Below, one piece after another: positions 26,356 through 33,635 of a DNA stretch of 35,907 bases (its first letter is position 1; the number at the start of each line of letters is the position of its first letter). The notes beneath the pieces were generated by a model that saw only the letters and a list, made by a program, of their open reading frames with translations, did no database searches and had not been told where the DNA came from. A program made the position numbers and the translations under genes. Source of the stretch: Candidatus Saccharimonadales bacterium (GTDB lineage Bacteria > Patescibacteriota > Patescibacteriia > Patescibacteriales > UBA12465); NCBI GenBank assembly GCA_035646675.1, contig DASROX010000025.1:1-35907 (forward strand). Direction: 5' to 3'.

Positions 26356-26395
26356 CCAAATAAAAAAGAAAAGTCCACATTTTTGTAGACTTTTC
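26356..26395 (-). terminator. Intrinsic terminator after the hydrolase gene
   Basis: gaaaagtc / gacttttc forms an 8-bp stem; on the minus strand it is followed by ttttttattt. Confidence 0.6.
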
Positions 26396-26437
26396 CTCTG
26401 CCCTTATAAACGATAGCTTATAATATTTTCACGCCTT

Positions 26438-27025
26438 CTAATTGCCTATAAAGACCTTTATATTTTTTAAGATACTCGGATATTCTAGTAAACCAGACGA
26501 ACCAGAAAAATGACCCTGCTCATGTTCAATAATAACTTCGGAGTTTAAACCTTCTTTGAAATCTTCTTGATTATCAAGCGGAACATATGGATCATTATCA
26601 GAAAATATCGCTAAACTTTTGATAAGATGTTTCTTAACTAAATTGAAATCAATTAAAGTGTTGAGCCATTCCCTGGTTAACTCTTTAGATTTATCATCAA
26701 AATCAGTCATTGTTAATCTTTTAAAGAATCCGGCCACAAAAACCGCTCCACCTGATATCTCTTCTCCGCCTGGCAACTGACTTAAATAACGAACAATTGC
26801 CTGACAGCCAATACTGTGTCCGATAAAGAAAGTATTATTATCTACCACTCCCACCGACTGGATTATAGCTTCAACCCATGTTTTAATTTGTGGTTCATTG
26901 GTATTTGGCATTTGAGGAGCAAAAACTAAATATCCGGCAACCTCGAGTTCCTTTTTTAACCAACCCAACCAACCCTCATTAGCCAAGCCACCCCAACCGT
27001 GTACTATAAATATTCGTTTGGTCAT
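26438..27025 (-). CDS. Alpha/beta hydrolase, YdeN/RBBP9-like serine hydrolase
   Basis: FIVHGWGG, nucleophile elbow GHSIGC, C-terminal D...H; about 190 aa, which fits that family. Confidence 0.6.
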   Translation of the reverse strand: MTKRIFIVHGWGGLANEGWLGWLKKELEVAGYLVFAPQMPNTNEPQIKTWVEAIIQSVGVVDNNTFFIGHSIGCQAIVRYLSQLPGGEEISGGAVFVAGFFKRLTMTDFDDKSKELTREWLNTLIDFNLVKKHLIKSLAIFSDNDPYVPLDNQEDFKEGLNSEVIIEHEQGHFSGSSGLLEYPSILKNIKVFIGN

Positions 27026-27033
27026 ATAGTAAT

Positions 27034-27447
27034 TTATTTTATTTTTGAATATTCATTACCGATAATAATCGGATTCATAGCCTCTAATTCGTCTTGATAC
27101 CCCATTACCGGAATATCGTTCAATAAATAAATAGCTTTATTAAGGACAAAGGCAAATCCCATCTCTAAAAAGGAATTACCCCCAATATATCCAGATATTC
27201 CCTTTCTTTCTGTATTAACAACAAAAATAGCATCTCCCTCTTTAATTTTATCAAAATAACCCTTAATCAGATTATATTCGACTTTATTTTTAGCAGATTC
27301 GCTATGAATTTTATCGGTTGTTTCCATATCGGCATATTCTTCAGTAAACTCTGGAAGTATAACTTCATGCCCCAAATTTTCAAGCTTAGTTTTAACGCCC
27401 AGCATTTCTTTAGCGGCAGTCATACTCCCGCAAATGACTATTTTCAT
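27034..27447 (-). CDS. Nucleoside 2-deoxyribosyltransferase-like protein
   Basis: KIVICGSM start and GGNSFLEMGFAFVLNKAIYLL, resembling the NDT/DNPH1 (G..E.G.A) active-site region. Confidence 0.45.
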   Translation of the reverse strand: MKIVICGSMTAAKEMLGVKTKLENLGHEVILPEFTEEYADMETTDKIHSESAKNKVEYNLIKGYFDKIKEGDAIFVVNTERKGISGYIGGNSFLEMGFAFVLNKAIYLLNDIPVMGYQDELEAMNPIIIGNEYSKIK

Positions 27448-27504
27448 ATTTTTACCAACTAATAATAAATAATTATGCTTACATTATATAACATTCAACA
27501 AATA

Positions 27505-27536
27505 AGTAAACAAAAACCTCGCATTGGCGAGGTTTT
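27505..27536 (-). terminator. Intrinsic terminator downstream of the GC-rich RNA candidate
   Basis: aaaacctcgc attg gcgaggtttt forms a 10-bp stem; on the minus strand it is followed by tttttgttt. Confidence 0.7.
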
Positions 27537-27560
27537 CATTTTAGTGGACCATAAGGGACT
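27532..27560 (-). repeat. Perfect 29-nt copy of the tRNA-Ala 3' end plus trailer
   Basis: gttttcattttagtggaccataagggact is identical to 27748-27776, at an offset of 216 bp. Confidence 0.95.
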
Positions 27561-27720
27561 CATCTCGCTTGTCGCCGCCAGAAGTGCGGCGACAGCACTC
27601 GTCCAGAGTTGGCGCCCGACCTGCTCCCAGAAGGTCGTCCGACGCTCGCTGATTCGCCTCGTCTTCCGACTCGACTCATGTCTCGCTTCCAACTAGTTCA
27701 AGTCCCATAAAACGTAATCC
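27545..27720 (-). ncRNA. Unclassified GC-rich structured RNA candidate, partly tRNA-Ala derived
   Basis: Sharp GC rise in an AT-rich context. Perfect 8-bp GC hairpin with a 7-nt loop (27571-27593). The ends pair (GGGACT / AGTCCC). The 3' end is identical to the tRNA-Ala acceptor 3' strand. Terminators lie on both sides. Strand inferred from the tRNA-like 3' end. Confidence 0.5.
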
Positions 27721-27750
27721 TAAAATAAAAAACCCTGCTTTCACAGAGTT
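27721..27750 (-). terminator. Intrinsic terminator after tRNA-Ala
   Basis: aaccctg / cagagtt stem (one mismatch); on the minus strand it is followed by ttttttatttta. Confidence 0.55.
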
Positions 27751-27776
27751 TTCATTTTAGTGGACCATAAGGGACT
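27748..27776 (-). repeat. Second copy of the 29-nt repeat (genuine tRNA-Ala 3' end plus trailer)
   Basis: Identical to 27532-27560. Confidence 0.95.
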
Positions 27777-27834
27777 TGAACCCTTGACCTCTTCCATGCC
27801 ATGGAAGCGCTCTAGCCAACTGAGCTAATGGCCC
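27761..27834 (-). tRNA. tRNA-Ala (anticodon GGC), no encoded CCA
   Basis: Reverse complement: gggccat tagctcagttggctagagc g cttcc-atggcat-ggaag aggtc aaggg-ttcaagt-ccctt atggtcc a. The G3:U70 Ala identity pair is present. Confidence 0.9.
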
Positions 27835-27846
27835 TTTCTTGTATAA

Positions 27847-27905
27847 ATGTTCCTTGAGGAACAAATATTTATTTTAACTATAGGATATGTTCCTTGAGGA
27901 ACAAA
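27847..27905. repeat. Two identical 19-nt units (27847-27865, 27887-27905), each a 6-bp palindromic hairpin/operator
   Basis: atgttccttgaggaacaaa occurs twice, 40 bp apart. TGTTCC ttga GGAACA. Located between the candidate promoter and the tRNA-Ala 5' end. Confidence 0.85.
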
Positions 27906-27945
27906 GAGAGACAAAACCAATAAATATGCCTAAAGCTACCATAAA

Positions 27946-27973
27946 AGTATAGCGAACCCATAATTATTGTCAA
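27946..27973 (-). promoter_or_regulatory. Candidate promoter for tRNA-Ala
   Basis: Minus strand TTGACA (27973-27968), 16-nt spacer, TATACT (27951-27946). Confidence 0.5.
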
Positions 27974-28043
27974 GAGCGGGGAAATAACAATATTCTGGTT
28001 TCTTGTCAATGCCTTGACAAAAAACAATAAACATATCAACTAT

Positions 28044-28116
28044 GTGTTCCCACCAGGAGTCGAACCTGGATCTAGAACTTAGGAGGTTCTTGTTCTATCC
28101 ATTGAACCATGGGAAC
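28044..28116 (-). tRNA. tRNA-Arg (anticodon CCU)
   Basis: Reverse complement: gttccca tg gttc aatggata gaac a agaac-ctcctaa-gttct agat ccagg-ttcgact-cctgg tgggaac a. Confidence 0.9.
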
Positions 28117-28209
28117 TTAAAAAAGGATAATCTGATGGAAACAATTGTAACTAGTGAATTAGCCTGACTTCATCTTATACTAAAACTTCTTGTTTTTCAA
28201 ATATTTTCT

Positions 28210-28238
28210 TTGACAAGTGGGTAATATTAAACTAGAAT
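28210..28238 (+). promoter_or_regulatory. Candidate promoter of the bactofilin operon
   Basis: TTGACA (28210-28215), 17-nt spacer, TAGAAT (28233-28238). A 9-bp inverted repeat aataatagt/actattatt follows in the leader. Confidence 0.5.
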
Positions 28239-28273
28239 AATAGTTAGTTAGACTATTATTCACCTTTAAATAT

Positions 28274-28684
28274 ATGTTCAATAGAGAAAACAAGCTGGAA
28301 AAATTCAAAGACGCGGAAACCGTGATTGGAGCCTCGATAAAAGTGAAGGGCAATTTTCATGGACAGGGAAACATTATCATTGAAGGGGCCTTAGAGGGCT
28401 CTCTTAAGACTGATGCTAGTATCTTCATCGGAGAGAAGGCTAAAGTTATTGCCAGCGTAGAAGCGAAGGATTTAATTGTTAACGGTGAAGTGAAGGGGAG
28501 CGTTAAAATAAAAAATTATTTATCGCTCGGCAGCACGGCTAAAATAAATGGTGATATTCAATATGGTGAATTATCAATTGAAAAGGGAGCTATCATCAAT
28601 GGCCAACTTCTATCTACTGGTGAGCCTAGTAAGAAGACAGCCGAAAAAGAAGATGGGAAAGAAAATAAATTAACGGAAGAATAA
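28274..28684 (+). CDS. Bactofilin (polymer-forming cytoskeletal protein, DUF583)
   Basis: Repetitive beta-helix pattern VIGASIKVKGNFHGQGNIIIEGALEGSLK...LIVNGEVKGSV...INGDIQYGELSIEKGAIINGQL and an acidic/lysine tail. Confidence 0.85.
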   Translation: MFNRENKLEKFKDAETVIGASIKVKGNFHGQGNIIIEGALEGSLKTDASIFIGEKAKVIASVEAKDLIVNGEVKGSVKIKNYLSLGSTAKINGDIQYGELSIEKGAIINGQLLSTGEPSKKTAEKEDGKENKLTEE

Positions 28685-28705
28685 TCACCTATTCATAAAA
28701 CCTCT

Positions 28706-29443
28706 ATGCACGTTTATATTTATGATGACTATTTGAATAAGAGTAAATATAGTAAAGCCGTAAACCGCATGGAAATCAGGTTAACCGACTTAGGGTTAAA
28801 TGGAAAAATCATCCGTCTGGGCGGTATTAAAAACATCAAAGGGACTATTCAAAATGAAATAAAGTTAGGTGCTAAAACAATAGTCGCTGTCGGCAATAAT
28901 CAAACAGTCAACAAAATAATTGGGGCCATTATTGATACTGATATCTATGGCGATTTCCAGAAGAAAACGTTGTTGGGAATTATTCCAATCGGTAGTGATA
29001 ATTCAATTGCCGCTTCTTTTGGTATTAAAAACGAAGAAGGGGCTTGTAATATTCTCCTCGCGCGACGAATAGAAAAGATAGACTTGGGACTAGTTGGTAA
29101 TCATTACTTTTTAAATGAGGCTACTATTGAGAGCGCTGGAACAACAATTGATCTTGGTGATTACTCTTTAGAAATTGAGGAAAAGGGAACCGTTAGAATT
29201 ATTAATCTGTTGAGCAATAAGGCTAACTTAATTGCTTCCAATCCTCATGACGGACTCCTAGATATTATTATTACTACCAGAAGGAAAGATCAAACCCTTT
29301 TAAAATTAAATAAATTTGTAATTACTAATGCCACCGAACAATTATTAATTGACGGCGTAATTGAAGTTAAAACTCCGATAGAGGTGGGTGTAGATATAGA
29401 TAAGGTGAGTGTTATTGTTGGTCGAGATCGTTTATTCCAATAA
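28706..29443 (+). CDS. Diacylglycerol/lipid kinase catalytic-domain-like protein with degenerate nucleotide loop
   Basis: TIVAVGNNQTVNKIIGAI sits where the family has GGDGT. IIPIGSDNSIAASFGI sits where the family has PxGTGND. Confidence 0.5.
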   Translation: MHVYIYDDYLNKSKYSKAVNRMEIRLTDLGLNGKIIRLGGIKNIKGTIQNEIKLGAKTIVAVGNNQTVNKIIGAIIDTDIYGDFQKKTLLGIIPIGSDNSIAASFGIKNEEGACNILLARRIEKIDLGLVGNHYFLNEATIESAGTTIDLGDYSLEIEEKGTVRIINLLSNKANLIASNPHDGLLDIIITTRRKDQTLLKLNKFVITNATEQLLIDGVIEVKTPIEVGVDIDKVSVIVGRDRLFQ

Positions 29444-29609
29444 AAAAGACCGACTTAAACGGGGAGGCAAAAAAACTTCTTCTAGGGACTTTCGAGCTAA
29501 AAGCCGGAAAATCCTAGGAAGAGCGTTCCTATGCTTGTCGTGCCTGTCCCGTTTAAAACGGCCTTTGTAAATATCTTCAACAAAAATCGTCACTAAAAGA
29601 CGACTTATT

Positions 29610-29638
29610 AATATAGCACACCGTAAATTGTTTGTCAA
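29610..29638 (-). promoter_or_regulatory. Orphan near-consensus promoter in a convergent intergenic region
   Basis: Minus strand TTGACA (29638-29633), 17-nt spacer, TATATT (29615-29610). Confidence 0.4.
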
Positions 29639-29664
29639 GAGTTTTATGCACAACTTATAAACAA

Positions 29665-29693
29665 CAAAAACCCCGTTTACCGGGATTTTTTTA
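29665..29693. terminator. Intrinsic terminator after rnj (bidirectional context)
   Basis: aaaaaccccg tttac cgggattttttt, a short GC stem flanked by an A-run and a T-run. Confidence 0.6.
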
Positions 29694-29714
29694 TTACTAA
29701 AGTTAGTTATTTAC

Positions 29715-31574
29715 TTACACTTTAATGACTACCGGCAAAACCATCGGACGACGCTTAGTAGCGTTGAATAAAAATTGTCCAATTTCATTTCTGATTTTGT
29801 TTTTAATATAATCATCATCAGCGGCAGTGGTCGGATTTTTATCTTTCACAATTTGCTTTACTTTCATTCTCGTTTTCTCAATCAAATCACGATTTTCTTT
29901 CATATGAACAAAGCCGCGAGAAATTAAATCCGGATTACCAATAATTGCTCCCGTCTTGGCATCAATGGTGGCGATAACCACAATCATGCCATCATCAGCC
30001 ATCATCCGCCGGTCACGCAATACAATTTCCGAAACATCACCAATACCAAGCCCGTCAACCATCACATAATCAGTATTCACTTTCTCTTTTAAAACTGCGG
30101 GTTCGCGACCTTTTTGAAATTTTATAATATTACCGTTATCAAGCACAAAAACTTGATTTTCCCGAAGGCCTTCACGGATGGCTAATTTTTTTGCCTCTAC
30201 CAACATATAGTGATTAGCATAAACCGGCAAAAAATAATCAGGTTTAATTTGTTTTAAGATTTTTTTAATATCATCAATATTAGCGTGACCGCCAGAATGA
30301 ATATCCATAATGCTACTATGAATAACGTGATCACTTAAACGATAGATTAAATCTTTAACTTTTTGCACTGAACGTTCATTACCAGGAATAACTGAAGAAG
30401 AAAAAAGAACGACATCAGATTTTTTAATATTTATGTAACGATGGTTACCATTAACAATTCGAGAAAACACCGCATTAGATTCTCCTTGGGCGCCAGTACA
30501 AATAACGACAATTTTATTTTCCGGATATTTACTGATATCTTCTACCGGAATTAAGGTTTGTTTATGCGCGGGGATATAACCCAATTCCTGAGCAATTTTA
30601 ACATTCATCTTCATACTATAACCATCAAGAATAACTTTCTTGCCTATTTTTTCAGAATATTCCAACAAGCTGGTAATGCGTTCTAATTGGGAAGCGAAAG
30701 TACCAATAATTATTCGACCGGGAGCCTCGCTAATTAACTTTTCCAGGTTTCCTTGGCTAGTTTTAATCGGAATTCTTTCTTTAGAATAAGCAACTCCCAG
30801 ACTTTCCAACATCAAAATACGTGGGGAAGGTAATTTAGCCAGTTCTTCATAACCAACAACTCCGCCCTCCATGGGGTCGCCTTCTATCATCCAATCACCG
30901 GGATGAATTACGGTTTCGTGTGGAGTTTGGATGATAACTCCGACAGCATCAATGATGGAATGCTCAACTTTAAAAAAACTAATTTGGAATTTTCCCAAAC
31001 TTATCTTTTGATCGATGGAATCAATAGTAATAGTTTTTAAATTCTTAGTTGTCCCGCGCTTATAATCTTCCTGACGATGCTTAATCATCGCTAAGGTCAA
31101 CTTTCTGCCAATTATTGGCGGATTACCCAGCTGTTCCAATAAAATTGGCGCCGCACCAATATGGTCAAGATGTCCATGGCTAAAAATAACGCCCCGAATA
31201 TTTTTCTCTTTACCGCGCAAAGAAGCAACATTAGGAATAATGTAATCTATACCCGGCATATCTTCATCGGCGAACTGTAAGCCCATATCCAGAATAATGA
31301 TATCATTATCATATTCAAAAACGGTACAATTACGACCAACCTCTTCTTGCCCGCCAAGCGGACAAATTTTTAAACCCGAACCGCTCGGTGCCGATTTAAA
31401 ATTAGACACAAATTTCGGTCTAGGTGCCCTTAATTTAGTAACTTGTCTCCCGGCGACTGGGGCGGGAGTGGTAACAACTTTTACGATTTTACTAGTTTCA
31501 ACGCGACGCGAAGAATTACTAACAAAATTTCTTCTCGACGAATTCGTCGGATCATTCTGATTCTTTACAAACAT
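29715..31574 (-). CDS. rnj: Ribonuclease J with ~68 aa basic N-terminal extension
   Basis: LKICPLGGQEEVGRNC, metallo-beta-lactamase HGHLDHIGA, beta-CASP and C-terminal domains. Confidence 0.9.
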   Translation of the reverse strand: MFVKNQNDPTNSSRRNFVSNSSRRVETSKIVKVVTTPAPVAGRQVTKLRAPRPKFVSNFKSAPSGSGLKICPLGGQEEVGRNCTVFEYDNDIIILDMGLQFADEDMPGIDYIIPNVASLRGKEKNIRGVIFSHGHLDHIGAAPILLEQLGNPPIIGRKLTLAMIKHRQEDYKRGTTKNLKTITIDSIDQKISLGKFQISFFKVEHSIIDAVGVIIQTPHETVIHPGDWMIEGDPMEGGVVGYEELAKLPSPRILMLESLGVAYSKERIPIKTSQGNLEKLISEAPGRIIIGTFASQLERITSLLEYSEKIGKKVILDGYSMKMNVKIAQELGYIPAHKQTLIPVEDISKYPENKIVVICTGAQGESNAVFSRIVNGNHRYINIKKSDVVLFSSSVIPGNERSVQKVKDLIYRLSDHVIHSSIMDIHSGGHANIDDIKKILKQIKPDYFLPVYANHYMLVEAKKLAIREGLRENQVFVLDNGNIIKFQKGREPAVLKEKVNTDYVMVDGLGIGDVSEIVLRDRRMMADDGMIVVIATIDAKTGAIIGNPDLISRGFVHMKENRDLIEKTRMKVKQIVKDKNPTTAADDDYIKNKIRNEIGQFLFNATKRRPMVLPVVIKV

Positions 31575-31618
31575 GTGTTTTGTATTAAGTTTTATGAGTT
31601 ATTTGAGCCTGAGTAATA

Positions 31619-33397
31619 TTACCAGGTCAATTTTTTATGAGTTTTAATATACCAATCAGAGATTTGGCTAAAACGATCAGCCGGTTCAATTATGGCCTGG
31701 CCATTAAAACCTTTGATCTTTTTTCTCTGAACATAAGTATATGTTGGCGAATATAAGAAAATAACAGGAATTTCTGAGGTCACGATTTCTTGAAAACGCT
31801 GATATTTAGCATTTCTATCAGCCCCAGAAACATTACTTCTAGCTTCAATTAATAATGTATCAACTTCTTCGTTACTATATCCGGCAATATTTAATCCTTT
31901 GGAACCAATTTGAGTAGAATGCCAAAAAGCAAAAACATCAGGATCACCACCAACTGCTTGACCATAAAGGATAGCTTCAAAATCACGATTTTTAATAACT
32001 GTCGCGGCCTGCTCTAAAGGAATTATTTTTAATTCTACTCCCACGCCGACAATCGCTAAATCCGTTTGAATTTTAGTGGCCACAGCGACATTGCTATTTA
32101 AATCAATTACCGTTAATACCAACTTGGTTAATTTATCGCCTAACCCGGCCTTTGCCTCCTCAACAGAATAATTGTAACGAGTAACATTATTATTATAGTA
32201 AGGGCTATTTTTTAAAATAGGGCTATCAGCTAATTGATAAACTCCGGAAAAAATATCATTGATTAAACCTTCTTTATCAAGCGCCTTCGCTAAAGCTGCT
32301 CTTACATCTTTATCGGCTAAAGCCTTATTTTTATCCTGGTTGAAAAAAATTCCGACAATTTGCGGACGAACAAGTTCAAACATATTAACGGAATCTTTAA
32401 CTAAAAGTTCACTCCGATAATCAAAAGGTAAATAACTTATACCATCAAGCTGATTATTGTCAAAACTTTTAATGGCTTCAATATAGTCGGCAAAAAATTT
32501 AAAAATAATATTTTTAATATATGGTTTCTGACCATAATAATCTTCATTAGCCTCTAAATGATATTCTTTCAAATCACCACTTTTGCTTTTAATTAATGAT
32601 TTAAATTTATAGGGGCCAGAACCAATAGGCTTTAAATTGAGATCAGTTAAACTAGCGGCATCCGGACTAATATTTTCCCAAATACTTTTAGGCATTACCC
32701 CAAAAGTTAACATTTCTAAAAAGGGCGCATAGGCTTCTGGTAAAATAAACTTAACAGTTTTATTATCAATTTTTTCCGCGCTCACATTAATAAGTTCCAT
32801 TCTTAACGATGAACGATAATTTTCATTTTTAATTAAATTAAGAGTGAAAATCACATCATCGGCAGTAACCGCTTCTCCGGTATGCCACTTAGCGTTTTCC
32901 TGTAAAACAACAGTGTATTCCTTACCATCGTCAGAGACTTGATAGCTAGTTGCTAAATCAGAAATAATGACGCCGGTAGTATCGTATTTAAAAAGGCTAG
33001 AATAAATTAAACGACTTAAATCATTATCCACATCTCGACTAGCAGCATAAAGCGGATTTATTGTTTTGGGATAACCAACAATCGCTTCAGTGTATACCCC
33101 ACCATAGGCCGGGGTGTATTGAAGATGCCCGCGAACAAAAACCGTTCCCAGATAAATAATGTTGATAATCGCCAACAACCCAAAAATCTTAATGAATAAA
33201 TATTCTTTAGGATTTAAAAATTTAGGCAAATACTTAAATTGACTGCCCGTGGGAATTTTACGAGGAGAAAGGGAATAGACTAATTTTTTATCTATTTCTG
33301 ACTGACTAATTTGCCCCTTCCTCTTGATACCAAAAAGAGAAAGGACCTGATACCCCCTTGTAAAATACGAAATAATTTTACTTTTCAGTGAAGACAC
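31619..33397 (-). CDS. Family 5 (OppA/DppA-like) peptide/nickel solute-binding protein, TM-anchored, orphan
   Basis: GTG start. An N-terminal cytoplasmic stretch and a TM helix (IKIFGLLAIINIIYLGTVFV) replace a lipobox. Body motifs: DNDLSRLIYSSLFKYD, KWHTGE.TADDVIFT, GPYKF. Confidence 0.75.
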   Translation of the reverse strand: MSSLKSKIISYFTRGYQVLSLFGIKRKGQISQSEIDKKLVYSLSPRKIPTGSQFKYLPKFLNPKEYLFIKIFGLLAIINIIYLGTVFVRGHLQYTPAYGGVYTEAIVGYPKTINPLYAASRDVDNDLSRLIYSSLFKYDTTGVIISDLATSYQVSDDGKEYTVVLQENAKWHTGEAVTADDVIFTLNLIKNENYRSSLRMELINVSAEKIDNKTVKFILPEAYAPFLEMLTFGVMPKSIWENISPDAASLTDLNLKPIGSGPYKFKSLIKSKSGDLKEYHLEANEDYYGQKPYIKNIIFKFFADYIEAIKSFDNNQLDGISYLPFDYRSELLVKDSVNMFELVRPQIVGIFFNQDKNKALADKDVRAALAKALDKEGLINDIFSGVYQLADSPILKNSPYYNNNVTRYNYSVEEAKAGLGDKLTKLVLTVIDLNSNVAVATKIQTDLAIVGVGVELKIIPLEQAATVIKNRDFEAILYGQAVGGDPDVFAFWHSTQIGSKGLNIAGYSNEEVDTLLIEARSNVSGADRNAKYQRFQEIVTSEIPVIFLYSPTYTYVQRKKIKGFNGQAIIEPADRFSQISDWYIKTHKKLTW

Positions 33398-33407
33398 ACT
33401 TTAAGCT

Positions 33408-33632
33408 TTAAGCTTTTATCCAAATAGTGCTCAAAGAAACGAGCACAAAAAGAGCGGCTAATATAATGGTGAGGATATGTAATTTTTTTTCTAGTCCTCT
33501 TTTGGTTAAATAAACTCCGCCACCGCCGCCACCAAACACCCCGCCGACACCGCCGCCGCGATTCTGTAGCAAAATAACTGTTGTTAAAACAATAGCGATA
33601 ACGATTTGAGCTATTTTAAACCAGAAAATCAT
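33408..33632 (-). CDS. secG: Preprotein translocase subunit SecG
   Basis: 74 aa with two TM helices flanking the Gly-rich loop LLQNRGGGVGGVFGGGGGG. Confidence 0.75.
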   Translation of the reverse strand: MIFWFKIAQIVIAIVLTTVILLQNRGGGVGGVFGGGGGGVYLTKRGLEKKLHILTIILAALFVLVSLSTIWIKA

Positions 33633-33635
33633 ATA

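Noticed and set aside
27475-27696. 73-aa (+) and 65-aa (-) ORFs in the GC-rich block
   Set aside because: The ORFs are mutually overlapping and Arg/Ser/Ala-rich. They span a terminator hairpin and the tRNA-derived repeat, so they are better explained as structured RNA or a pseudogene.
27545-27720. Assignment of the GC-rich element to tmRNA, SRP RNA, RNase P RNA, hammerhead ribozyme or a known riboswitch
   Set aside because: By eye there is no intact T arm and no tag reading frame with an Ala-rich C-terminus (tmRNA). There is no GGAA-tetraloop/AGCA helix-8 motif in the right geometry (SRP). There is no GAGGAAAGUCC or ACAGAAA P4 motif, and it is too short (RNase P). GAUGAG…GAAA strings lack a stem II (hammerhead). 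No B12, TPP, FMN, SAM or glmS core was recognised. A covariance-model search is still needed.
27532-27776. The 29-bp direct repeats as attL/attR of an integrative element in tRNA-Ala
   Set aside because: The repeats enclose only 216 bp and no integrase or cargo. At best this is a remnant, so it is reported as a hypothesis within the ncRNA finding rather than as a mobile element.
29432-29653. 73-aa minus-strand ORF in the convergent intergenic region
   Set aside because: It overlaps the upstream gene stop, spans promoter and hairpin elements, and has no recognisable domain or start context.
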